NCBI RefSeq assembly: GCF_006345805.1
Contig: NC_043000.1
Coordinates: 159,650,001-159,714,000 of the forward strand
Direction: 5' to 3'
Source: Octopus sinensis
Lineage: Eukaryota
DNA length: 64,000 nt
The notes beneath the pieces were generated by a model. The model did not search any database. It saw only the letters and a program-made list of their open reading frames with translations, and had not been told where the DNA came from. This document shows, in pieces, positions 51,431 to 64,000 of this stretch. The position numbers and the translations under genes were made by a program. The first letter of the stretch is position 1; every line of letters begins with the position of its first letter.

Positions 51431-51915
51431 TACAGGGTAAATGTTTTTTTTAATTTTCTCCTGTTTACGGAATTAATCTTTATTTGCGGTAGAAGCTTTG
51501 GCTGTTATTTCTAGTGGGTGAATGGCCTATTATGGCCGTTCTTAATTGCTAATGTTGAACTTAAAAATGGTCTATGACTATTTAATTGTTCCCACTGGGC
51601 CGCTGGTGGCAATAAAATTCTACAAAATTTTCCTTGCCACCCTATATTGATTAATAAATATATATATACATATATATATATAGTGTTGCAAAGTCAAGTT
51701 TGTATTTAAAATGACAGCCTCGGTTTTTTACGCGAAAAATTCTTATATATATATACATATATATATTTGTGTATATATGTATATATGTATGTTTATATGT
51801 ATGTATATATATACTCATATATATATATATTTTCTACATATAATTTTATATATAGTATATATATATGTATGTATATATGTATATATATATATGTATATAT
51901 ATGTATATATATATA

Positions 51916-51976
<61 letters not shown>

Positions 51977-52365
51977 GTTTATATATTTATATATTGTTGT
52001 GCAATATTATATAATGCACACACAGACATGAACACGCACGCGCACGCACATATATACAGAAATTTATATTTATTATTAGATCCGACTGCTGTTTCACCAG
52101 CTGGTGCTTCAATTAAGAAAGTTTTCATACTTTCTTTGTTAACACATCATCTGCGGACCGCCTGGCCAGTGCAAAACTTGAAGTAATGGAACATTAATCA
52201 AATCTAATAGCATAAATAAAATATATGTATTTATTTTACTACACCTATTGAGTTATTTCTCTTTTATTCGTATCATTACTTGAAATCTTGATACTTAATA
52301 TGTAGACACGGACAACACGCGCACACACACACATACTGTATATATATGTATATATATATATAAAT

Positions 52366-52405
<40 letters not shown>

Positions 52406-52414
52406 TATACATAT

Positions 52415-52467
<53 letters not shown>

Positions 52468-52678
52468 ATATATATAATTATCTATATATATACATAACAG
52501 ATATATATATATATATATAAATATACACACACAGATATATATATATATATATTCTCTTCTCATGTTTTCAGTCATTTGACCGCGACCATGCTAGAGCACC
52601 ACCTCACACGTGGACATATTGATCTATGCATGCATATATAATGCATATATGTAATTATATATATTCACGCGCATATAT

Positions 52679-52712
<34 letters not shown>

Positions 52713-53075
52713 CACACTTACCTACCTACCTACCTACCTACCTACCTACTACAACATACATACATACATACATACATACATACATACATACATACATACA
52801 TACATACATACATTCATTCATACATAGTGCAAAAATACCCTGTTGTTGATGTTGAAATTCCAATGAAGGAGCCTTGAATCTAGGTTAGAAACCGATTCCT
52901 TTTCTATTGGCAAGAATTCTTGAAATAATCTGAGTCACGTCATACTGAGTGGATGCGAAATTCTTAAATTAGGAAGCCACTACAGTTCGGACTCGTTTGC
53001 TTTATTATTTTTTTTCCATATGTAAGATGCGCCACAATTGAAAACTTCCGGAAGTTCGGAAAATTTCACGTCCTG

Positions 53076-53556
53076 CTCTTTACTCTTTTTACTCTTTTAC
53101 TTTTTCAGTCATTTGACCGTGGCCATGCTGGAGCACCGCCTTATAGTCGAGCAAATCGACCCCAGGACTTATTCTTTATAAGCCTAGTACTTATTCTATC
53201 GGTCTCTTTTGCCGAACCGCTAAGTTACGGGTACGTAAACACACAAGCATTGGTTGTCAAGCGATGTTGGGGGGGACAAACAGCGACACACAAAGACACA
53301 CAAACTGCACACACACTCACACACACACACCCACACACACACACACACATATATATATTATATATAATATATATATATATATATATACACATATACGACG
53401 GGCTTCTTTCTGTTCCGTCCACCAATCCACTCACAAGGCTTTGGTCGGCCCGAGGCTAGAGTAGAAGACACATGCCCAATGTGCCACGCAGTGGGACTGA
53501 ACCCAGAACCATGTGGTTGGTTAGCAAGCTACTAACCACACAGCCACTCCTACGTC
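53076..53556 (-). mobile_element. SINE family A
   Basis: Full reverse-complement match. Confidence 0.85.
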
Positions 53557-54064
53557 CTCATAATTATTTTTCAGACATTTATTCTCTCTCCATTGGTTTC
53601 TTTCACAACCATTGAATATTAGGACAATTTTTTATGTTCTTTTATTTTATGTATTAGAAGCTGTTTTATTAAAAGCTCTACACTTACTTCAGTTTCGTAA
53701 AATTTATTTACTGTTACATTATATAAAGGTTTTTTTAATGTACTGTAAATTGCATATGAACCCAGGGAGTTTACGCGTCCTAGTTACACATTTTAGTAGC
53801 TCTACGTGAGCATAATTTACTACATTTCTTTAAAATTTTAATTGCTCTAGCAGTATTGACTTCCTTTGTTTAAAAATCATATTGCTGAAGCAACAAGTAT
53901 TATTGATATCATTTATTTAGGAAAACTTTATACTTTAACGTCACCGTAATGTGATTACCTTTTTTGTGTCGACAGGCAGTATGTAAACGACTTGATCATT
54001 TCTGATGTTTCTTCAAGGAGACCTGTTTGCTTTTTGTAGCTGAATCAAGTAACCACTCTCCTTT

Positions 54065-54448
54065 TTAATCTTTTATCTTTTACTTGCTTCAGAGATTAGA
54101 CTGCGACCAAGCTGGCTGCCTTGGAGAATTTTGTAGTCGGACGGATCCACCACAGTACTAATATTTTTTAAAGCCTCCTCCTACTTACTCTATTTTACCA
54201 AACCGATAAGTTACGGGGACGTAAACGAACCATCACTGGTTGTCAAGTGGTGGTGGGGAACAAACACACACACACACACATACATATATGCAAATATGTA
54301 CAACGGACTTCTTTCAGTTTCCGTCACCCGAATCCACTCACAAGGCTTCGGCCAACCCAAAGGTATAGTAGAAGACATATGCCAAAGATGCCACACAGTG
54401 AGACTGAACTTGGAACCGTGTGTTTGGGAAGCAAGCTTCTTACCACAC
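54065..54448 (-). mobile_element. SINE family A (older copy)
   Basis: Diverged reverse-complement match. Confidence 0.7.
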
Positions 54449-55050
54449 TCAATATTTACGAATTAATATCAAACAGCGGAATGTAGGTTTTCTTATAACT
54501 GTTTCTCTATATTATAGTCTTCTCTGTTACATATTTTAAAATGTTATTTCATGATATATTCATAAATGCTGGAATGTTATTCTAAGAACGAGGCAAGGTA
54601 CACGACTCTGTTTCTGTTATTTCATAATTTATGCATTTTATTTTATTTTGTCTGTTTTGTCTGTTGCAGTTTGGAATGAAAGGAAATTATGAAATGCTAA
54701 ACTGACGTGTATTTTATGTTTTTGACAAGCTGAAGCTAAAATCAAACATGTTGACTAGTGTCGATGAATGAGAAAAGTTCCCAATGTGAAACAAGCACAG
54801 GTGCCACACTGGAATACAGGTAAATGCGCTTGAAGCTTCACAATCTATGTATAAGCTGCATTATGAAATTTAAATAAATATACTGTTTAAATTTGGATTG
54901 CTTCTCCCAGAAGTTCAATTTTAAATATGTAAATATTCAGTTATTCTGAAATTCTAAACAATTTCAATTCCATATTTTTTTCAATTCCAGACAATTTCAA
55001 TTCCAAATTTTCGTATAAAATACTTCATCCATTCACACATAAAAAATTAT

Positions 55051-55081
<31 letters not shown>

Positions 55082-55495
55082 CGTATATACTCGAGTAATA
55101 CATTTTGAAGCACAATACATCTTGAAATATAATACATCTTGAAGAACAATAAGCACATACATCATACACTCGTTGTTTATTTGGTGAGAAACCTGTTTCC
55201 CAGACAGCAGTATTGGCGAACACAGGCAAACGCCACTGTCTGAATTCGTACAAAGGCATGACTCTGGTAAGTCTAAAAACATTCAATTAATCGCTAGATC
55301 AATGGTTCCCACCCGACTTTTATATTTTTCTTATCTCCAAATACCATAAACATGCGTCATACGCTCGTCCGTTTACATGGTGAGAGACGTGTTTCACAGA
55401 CAGCGCTATCGATGTACAACAGCAAGCACCACTCTATGAATTCGTACAGAGGCATGACTTTGGTAAGCTTAAAACTGTTTAGTTAATCGCTAGAT

Positions 55496-55613
55496 CAGTG
55501 GTTCCGAAACTTTTTTTTTTGCTGTGGAATCATTCGACACTATTTTTAAAAACGTGGAACCCTTGATAATTTTCAAGGAATCCTAGTGTTTCCACACATT
55601 TTGGGAATCCCTG
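55496..55613. mobile_element. Small hAT-like MITE
   Basis: CAGTGGTTCCG ... GGGAATCCCTG termini; flanking 8-mers CGCTAGAT and CTCCAGAT (6/8 identical) resemble a hAT target duplication. Confidence 0.5.
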
Positions 55614-56529
55614 CTCCAGATTAACAATCCTACACCATTGTGTGGACATTTAGTGGTAACTGCAGAAGAGAGCTACGCGGTCTTTTTTATGGGTTTTGTT
55701 ATTTACTAGGATGCGAGTTTTAAAGTATAGAATGGATGAAATAAATTACGTTTCAACAATTAACTCTAATAAGCATTAAAGTGCGATCTATGATCGCAAC
55801 CAGTCAGATGGCAGACGATAATACTATCTCTAGAATATTGTGGTATTTACTCCCTTTTTCAATGTGTCCGTCCCCTTTCTTTCTCTTGCTCTCTCTCTCT
55901 TTTTTCTCTCTTGTTTTCTTTTATTGCAATACGTGTTATGATTATATCTCTAACCCTTCCTCTTTCTTGCTCTCAGTTCCTTTCTCAAACAGATTTGTTG
56001 CTATCCATGTAATAAAGTTCACTATCTTATATATGGGTTTGTAAGTAGTTCTTTCCGATGCAGCCTATTACGAGTTTTCTTGGATCATAGTTTTTGCTTG
56101 CTTGCTTGGCTTTTTCCTTTTTTATCCATCTGGTCTTTTCACATCTGCCTCAGTCCGCCTTTCCAAAAGTATCAATTTATCAAGCTGAACTTTCTTTAAA
56201 AGACGGTAGAAAGTGATCAGAGAGAAGTTTGGTGTCTGCTTCTCTTTAAAATAGTGATAGGATGATCACGGCTGGAATAGATTATATTATATGCTGTATT
56301 ATCAGGGCTGAACAGGAAATTAAATACTCCAGCGATAACTTTGCTGTAATACTTCAATGTGCATACTCGACCATTGATTTCTCTCTTTCTCATTTTCTCT
56401 GTCACACAGTGTATATGTAAGTATGTATGTATGTATGTATGTATGTATGTATGTATGTATGTATGTATGTATGTATGTATGTATGTATGTATGTATGTAT
56501 GTCTATTAGTTTGTCTATCTGCCTGTCTA

Positions 56530-57640
56530 CGAGGTGGTATCAAAACATTCCCGCACTAGTACAGTACCTCGCCAACAGGTGGCAGCACCCGGTTGTATGC
56601 GCAGAGAGAGCTAGCAGTGACCTTTATGTTGCAGTGTGCCAAGCGACATTGTTGTTTTTACTTCACAAGTTGGGAAATTTGTGATTTGTGACCACGTGTA
56701 ATGCTATATTCTGCAATTCTGTCATGAACAGGGAGTTGGAACAAAGAACCAACGTGAAATTTCGCGTTAAACTAGGGAAGTCTGCTACAGAAACATTGAG
56801 CATGCTTCAATAAGCTTACAGCGACGAGGCAATGGGTCGTACGTAATGTTTGGAACGGAACGGGCGCTTCAAAAGCAGAAGAACGTCCCTGGAAGAGGAT
56901 GAGCGATCTGGAAGACGTGTCACGTGCGTCACCCACGGAAATGTGGAGAAAAGTCATCAGACTGTGTATGGGCATGGTTGAAGGACAATTAACAACATTG
57001 CTGATGTTGTTGGTCTGTCGTATGGGTCCATGCAGACAATCCTAACGTCTAAATCGAACATGCAGCGTCTCTTTGCTGAGTGTGTCACCCGCCTGTTGAC
57101 CACCGAGCAGAAAGAGCATCGGGTCGAAGTCTGTCAAAATTTCCGTCAGCATGCCGATAATGATCCATTCTTCTTGTCGAGGGTCATCGAGATTGATGAG
57201 CCCTTCATCTCCACGAAGAAGGCAACGCAGAGCCGCAGCTTAGTCAAGAGCATGCTCATCGTTATTTTTTCTTGACATTCGCGGTATAGAGCATCGAGAA
57301 TTCACCCCCAACTCCGTGCCAGGCGTTCAATCGAAAGCCCTACTTAACGTTTGAAGCGCTTGAGGGAGGACATTCGTCGAAAGCGACCGGATCTGTGGAG
57401 TGAGAAGAATTGGATTCTTCACCTGGTGAGTTTCTCGCAAAAAAAAAAAGGTATGGTATCGCTTCTGCACTCGCCCTATTCACCAGATTTAACACCTGCG
57501 GACTTTAATTTCTTCCCCAAGATGAAAAAGTTGTTCAAATGTGGCCGTTTTAACACCATTGTCGAGATCCAGAGGGAAGCGCAGAAGATCCTCGACTCAC
57601 TTAGGGAAAATGAATTCCAGGCCGGATTCCCAAACCGGTA
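56530..57640 (+). mobile_element. Decayed mariner (3' TIR not seen)
   Basis: TA|CGAGGTGGTATCAAAA start; MNRELEQRTNVKF.VKLGKSATETL..., LLTTEQKEHRV and LHSPYSPDLTPADFNFFPKMK, with many stops. Confidence 0.8.
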
Positions 57641-57943
57641 GATAGAATAAATGGTAAGCTTACAAAAAATAACTACTGGGGTCGATTTCTTCGACTAAAA
57701 CCCTTTTAGGTGGTGCTCCAGTATGGCCGCAGCCAAATGACTGAAGCACGTAAAAGAATAAAAATGATACATTTATGAATTTGTGTTGCAAGATTCCTGA
57801 TGTGAAACCGTGTGTTGAAACAAACATTGTTATTTTTCAGTATGATCTTTTTCTTTTTGTTTTCCAAATATTTGGCAAAAATAAAAATCCCGAAATATTA
57901 CAATATAATAAAAGGATATATATAGATATATAACTCATGTATG

Positions 57944-58150
<207 letters not shown>

Positions 58151-58156
58151 CTGTAC

Positions 58157-58201
<45 letters not shown>

Positions 58202-58358
58202 AAAATGGGACAAGGATGCTAAACATCCAGGCAGTTAGGTGATACAAAAAAAGGGACAACAAAACATCCAGACAGATGATAGAAAGAAAACGAGGACGGG
58301 TCATTCGGATTTTTCTATACTCAGTCGAGTTCCAGATTATCTTTGCAATTTCGGCTGG

Positions 58359-58394
<36 letters not shown>

Positions 58395-60307
58395 ACCAAT
58401 TTGATTACACTACTGCACACTGCTGATTTCCTGAGGAAAATACCAATACTCAGACGCTGGAAGAAATCGATATAAAAAAAATCTATCGAACATGAAGGAA
58501 TACTAGCCAAGATTTTCAAAATTTGAAGTAATTTGCTTCATTAACTGCAGTAACTTCATATTAAGTTACAAGAAAATATCTGCTACAGGCGACAAGAAAA
58601 ATATTGGGAACCATGTAAGCTTTGGTAGACGGCATTCATCAATTTCATCAAATCCTGCGCATCCAGTTTGAAGTAAAACGTTCTGGGATTTTTCATATAA
58701 TTCAACGTCAAATATGTCGCTGTAAAGTGCTCTCAAGCTATTTTGTTACATATTTTCCACGGTCATTTTCAACAACACCTGTTTCAAATTTTATTAGGTG
58801 CATGCGAACCAGGATGCTTAATTTACCTAGTATTATTCATTATCTTCACTTCGTGACTCACCCAGTTTGAAGAAATCCCTAACAGGATGTCGTTTATCTT
58901 AAAGACAATAAAGAAATCTCTAAGTATTTTACATATTTTCAGTCATCTTCACAAACATCAATGGTGAAATGTACCAAATCTTATATAGAGTACTAATGAA
59001 ACACGTTAGGAACCGATATTTTCTACGCAAGTTAGCAGGTCATTTAAAACTAGATATCTGGAAGATCCCTATGGGAATTCCAAAACAGTTTTTGTAGACT
59101 TGTTTTTGGAAAACCATCTACAACAGACAAATGTTGACTTCAACAAGGCATATAGGTAAATGAGTAAGCCAGGAGTTCCAAAACATCTCTGATCATCTAC
59201 CAGCCATCAACAACTGAGGCAAATCAGATAGTGTCATTAATTCAATGTGGGGAAGCTATCCCGGAAAGCATGGATCACTTCCTCATCAAGGAACTAAAGA
59301 TTTTCTCAATGTCGATCATGATGACAAGACATTACATCGTTCTTAATACTCTGGGAATTAAATCTTCCTTCGAAGCTATTAGCTCTAAGTCCTATATAGT
59401 ACCTTGAAATAGCATCAAGTGGGAAATTTACCAAGCATATGCACTCATTAAGGTCCAGGAAGAGAGAAGAAGAAGAAGAAGAGAGAGAGAGAGAGAGGGA
59501 GAGAGAGTCCAATTTCCTGACTACTTTTTTTCTGGCAACTACTGAACAAGAAAATCGATCTGTCCAGTATAAGCTGGAGCATTATCAATATAGGTCGTTC
59601 TACCCCGCAGAGCACACAGCTGTTACTTTTGACTCACTAAGAGCAAGAAACTGCATATATTGCAACAGTATATATATAATTCCATGACACGAAAACTGAG
59701 CTTCGATTCTGTTGCCACAATCTGGGTTTCCTACCCGCTAACTTTAAACCTGCTAACTGTTAATAGTATCTAGACTCTGACCTACATACACTTACAACTT
59801 ACTGCTTTAGAAGATATTTGATCAGTCTTTCTACTGTTTTAATCCCAGTATTTAGCTGTTAATATAGATTAAACCTAAAAAAAAAACTTAAACTATGAAT
59901 CAACCTAACATATACAAAGAGACGTTACCAATAAACCCCCAATATATAACAAAAATAATGTAAATTTATAAGCTTTTACTGATATCTGCATAAAAATTCT
60001 ATAATTCTTCATTACCTGCAAATACAAGGATCTCTGACCAGAACAAGTGAAACTTCTGCAAACCATCCTCAGTGCCAGTCAAGGAACCTACTATTAATCA
60101 GTTGGAGTCTTATCCATCAGTATTCAGCGTTAAGAAGTAACCACCTTAATTTACTTCACTGTGTAATCTGAACTAAACTATAAAATTATGTTTACTCTTC
60201 ATCCAATGAAAATAGGCTTTATCTAGAAGATGTGAAAATTTTGTTATCCAGAAGCATGTATTTGCGTGATTAAAATGCATACATACATACATACATACAT
60301 ACATACA

Positions 60308-60341
<34 letters not shown>

Positions 60342-60454
60342 CATAAATACATGCATACATGCATACATACTAACATATATACATGCATACATACACATAT
60401 GCAGCAACACGTCCATAAACTAGAAAAGTTTAAATAAGTTTAAACCTAACACGT

Positions 60455-60780
60455 TTCTAAGATGGCCGAAAAAATGTCGATATTGACGAAAGTTCTGGGA
60501 GACCCGCAACCAGCAGAACTGAAACAAACATCGCAGTTGTGCGTGGAGATGTGAGGGGAAATCGTCGAATCACCATCTCTGAGGTGTCAGAGGGTGTGCA
60601 GATTAGTTACGGTTCGGTTCATTATCATTGAAGATTTGGGTATGAGACGCGTGTCTGCCAAGTTTCTGCCAAAACTGCATTCAGCTGATCAATAAGACAC
60701 TCGGGTTTCAGTTACACAAGAACTCTTTACTGTTGACGAGAACGATGAAATCTTTTTGAAAACTTTGCGTCGGTCTCTGA
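60455..60780 (+). mobile_element. Mariner transposase N-terminal fragment
   Basis: DGRKNVDIDESSGRPATSRTETNI...NRRITISEVSE...DLGMRRVSAKFLPKL. Confidence 0.7.
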
Positions 60781-61058
60781 CAGCTATCGCCAAACTTTTG
60801 GTAAAGTTTGATGCAGATTCTCATCTGAATTTTCTGTCATGCTGAATGCGACAATCACACGCTACACACCTTCCTTCCAAGCAATGCTGTACACAGCAGA
60901 AATAAGCTAGAACCTTAAAACTTAGTGCGCATGCAAAACAAAGTTCAAGATCAGTGTGTGCCAAGCAGCTTCACTCCGCTCTTCCTGCTTTAGCTTCGTT
61001 ACTATGGCAATAGTCCGAATACATATTGATCAGACCACGTATATACATGCATACATTC

Positions 61059-61112
<54 letters not shown>

Positions 61113-61206
61113 GGTTAATCCAAACGGGAAAACAGAAAAAACAACAACACGTGGAACAATTACAGTATTATTATTATTAGGCGCTCAGGAAAATGGAAGA
61201 AGGAGG

Positions 61207-61241
61207 GTATGACGTTTCGAGCGGAGCTCTTCGTCGGAAAC
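61207..61241 (-). ncRNA. Minimal hammerhead-like motif (CCGACGA core), weak stem I
   Basis: TTT-CCGACGA-AGAGC(TCC)GCTC-GAA-ACGT-C^ATAC. A decayed sibling lies at 61442-61476. Confidence 0.35.
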
Positions 61242-61809
61242 ATAGGAGAAAGAAAGATCCCGAGACGGGAGGACAGAGGAAATGTATACACACACATACA
61301 AACATACACACACACATATATATATCTGTGTGTGTGTGTGTATGTGTGTGTAGTTCAAATTTACAGCAAACAAAAGAGGAAGACAAGTGAAAGAATAACA
61401 AGCAGGTGTATTAGATTAACGCTCAGGAAGAATGGAAAAGTCATTGACGTTTGACCCTACGCTTTTCGACAGAAAGGATTGAGAGTAAATAAAGGAAAAG
61501 AGAACGAAAAAAAAAGAGAGAAAAATGTGCAGGAATTAACGCATACACACACTCCTATATATATGAATACCAGTGAATGAGATATAATCCACACTATACC
61601 TGCCTACTTGCACGCGAGTCCCTATGTCTTTGTTAGAAGTTAATTATTTCTAATGTAAATTTTCAGTTTTCTAAAGGCGGCGAACTGACTCAATTGTTTG
61701 CACTCCGGGCATAAACCTCTCGCATACAAGCTTTTTTTTCTGAACTCTTAATTCAGAAAAGAAATTTTGAACTGTTTATCTGACACTGAATATTTATTTT
61801 TTATGAAAG

Positions 61810-61931
<122 letters not shown>

Positions 61932-61946
61932 CGGCCGTCCGTCTGT

Positions 61947-61979
<33 letters not shown>

Positions 61980-62984
61980 GACTTGCTTACTTACCTCCTT
62001 ACTATGTATATCTGTATCTATCTATCTGTCTGTCTGTCTGCCTGTTTGTCTGTCAACCTGTCTGTCTATCTGTCTATACGTCTGTCTCTCTGTCTCTCTG
62101 CCTGTCTGCACAGCTGTCTGTTCGTGTCGTACCCCTCTCAGTCTTGAGTACACGTCGTACAGGTTGACCATACAACAGTAAATGCAGGTAAAATATGTTG
62201 CGGAAGAGTGACTGTCGTTCTTGTTTGCACCTACTACCACTATACGCCACTGCTCATGAATAAATTGAAAGGCCACCTCTTTGGAACTAATAAAGCTGTG
62301 CACCATTGTCATTAGAATCAGACTGCAGAGAGCTAAAACAAATATAGTAAAGCATTCTGTCCATGATACTGACAGTTCTGCAATTTCAATACTTTAGATT
62401 GGTACATTTTATCGAATTCCAAAAAGAAGAAAGCAAAGCAATATTTCGAGTTTATAAATAAATTGGTGAAAGTATATTGAAACCATGAATTCTAAAGAAG
62501 GAAGCTATAACATGTCAAGATGCATAAGCGAAAATTTTCAAAACCATTATGTGAGCATTGTAGGAAAATGAAATTGAAAATATAAATATTAAAAGATAAA
62601 ATCTGTAACAATATTAAATTCTAACAAATGCACGCAATCTCGTAGCTAGGATGAGTTGTACAGTAGTATAGCTGATTATTTCGATTGCAGTTCTTCACTG
62701 GTACTTAATTGTTATAGAAATACAATGATCCAATGGATGAAAGCAAAGTTGACGACGGCGATATTCAAACTATGTATGTATGTATCTCACTTACTCATCC
62801 ACTCTCTCTCTCTGTATCTTTGTCTCTCTCTGTCTCCCTCTATCTCATACCTTTCTTGCCTTCTCTCCTTCAGTTCTTGTAGCCCCTCTCAGTAGCTCGT
62901 CTGTTTCACTGAGTCAATCCTCTTTGTGTAGTGGCGCTAGTTTACCTCACGTTCTTCCAACAATTCAATACTCTCTGGTGACCA

Positions 62985-63310
62985 CAGTTGGGAGCAGTAA
63001 TCCAGACGACTGAGGACAATTGTCTTCCATAGGAGTAACAGGGTATCCTTATTTCTGGCTCTGAATAATCTAAGGATCCATGCAGCTACTCGCCTGCACA
63101 ATGTTGCCATCCTGGCAATATTCACATGGAATGTTGCATCACTAGTCATATAGATTCCCAGGTCACGCACCAATTCTAACTCTGGAATTGCACTGGTCCC
63201 TAGTCCTATGTATTCCGACAGTAGTCTGTGATCCGACAGCAGTGTGCTTGAAACTAATCGCCATTGAACTGTATGTTATTTTCATTAGCCCATTTATATA
63301 TTGCATGCAG
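62985..63310 (-). mobile_element. CR1/L2-like LINE reverse transcriptase C-terminal fragment
   Basis: DLHAIYKWANENNIQFN...VRDLGIYMTSDATFHVNI...ILRLFRARNKDTLLLLWKTIVLSRLDYCSQLWSP. Confidence 0.8.
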
Positions 63311-64000
63311 GTCACTTTATATGTATATACAGTGGTCCGGGAACGAAACTTGCTTAGTTGGTAAAAACGCTGGCCTAAAATGTTTTAGAAAGAAGGCCGA
63401 TATTTTTTCAATCTCAATATCAGAACAAACACATGTATAAGGATATTTTTTTATTATTATACATGGAAAAGTAAAGCTTCAAATCACTCCAAAAATTTTC
63501 CTATTCTCGCACGTTTTGGTGATGAAATTTTCCAAGAGGTTATCCTAAGCCTTTTCACTGCAGAAGATCTTGTGTACATGCATTACAACACAGTGTGTCA
63601 GACGATGCTTCAAACATAAATTTGACCCCAGCTCATTGTTTAGGCAAAAAAAAAATCATCCAGAGTAACCTTATTTAGTGTCTCCGAAGTGTAATCAGGA
63701 AAAAATCTTCGTGGACATCCTGGTTTTCAGAAGCATACCGACAATAATTGATACTTGTTCCATGCCAGGACAATCACATCTAATACCAATAAACATGGAA
63801 TCTTCAAACATTTTTCTACTCTCATGTTATGAGCATATGTCCCTAAGATTTCATTTAGTATGGGATCAGATAGGAAATTAACTGGTCGTTCAAGCCGCTG
63901 ACTTACTTCGGCAAGTTCTGCTATGAGACTTACGAAGTTTCCTGTGACATGTGTTAGCTTTCTCTTCAAAGATAGAATTAGTAAGTTTTCTTTTTAATCT

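Larger units (their letters stand above)
48996..51655. mobile_element. ~490-bp hammerhead-containing tandem array (retrozyme-like / Penelope-like pLTR multimer); ~2 units on minus (48996-49961) joined head-to-head to ~3.5 units on plus (49962-51655)
   Basis: The units are near-identical, with one hammerhead per unit and predicted cut-to-cut spacings of 482, 493 and 489 nt. (TA)n flanks both sides, and there is no RT or endonuclease ORF. Confidence 0.85.

Noticed and set aside
48996-51655. Endless rolling-circle ORF or a Penelope RT/GIY-YIG ORF in the array unit
   Set aside because: All three ribozyme-sense frames have stops within CCTTAATTGTTAATGTTGAACTTAAAAATGGTCTATGA, and I saw no RT or GIY-YIG motifs.
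52855-52905. CCAATGAAGGAGCC...GGTTAGAAACCGATTC
   Set aside because: The core is broken at G5 and stem I does not pair.
63340-63800. Possible decayed DNA transposase
   Set aside because: I could not read any diagnostic motif with confidence.

Overview
AT-rich, repeat-dense eukaryotic genomic DNA. The SINE families and very long (TA)n/(TAGA)n/(CATA)n microsatellites suggest an octopus/cephalopod; this is inference, not confirmed. I can support only one host protein-coding exon: the first coding exon of an SDR16C/RDH10-like short-chain dehydrogenase on the minus strand (6787-6934). The rest is mostly intron/intergenic DNA filled with tRNA-derived SINEs (3 families), decayed mariner transposons, and fragments of RTE, CR1-like, L1/Tx1-like LINEs and Helitrons. 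The main discovery is RNA-level. At 48996-51655 there is a near-identical ~490-bp tandem array (about 2 units on minus plus about 3.5 units on plus, joined head-to-head and flanked by (TA)n). Every unit carries one type I hammerhead ribozyme fold with an intact catalytic core, which is the layout of a non-LTR retrozyme / Penelope-like pLTR array that could yield ~490-nt circular RNAs. In addition, about a dozen other hammerhead or hammerhead-like motifs from several unrelated families are scattered through the window. They usually sit in or beside fold-back (inverted-repeat) insertions at TA microsatellites. Some are canonical, some carry recurrent core variants (U4C, A6U) and some are decayed. 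All ribozyme folds were worked out by eye; activity and novelty are untested.
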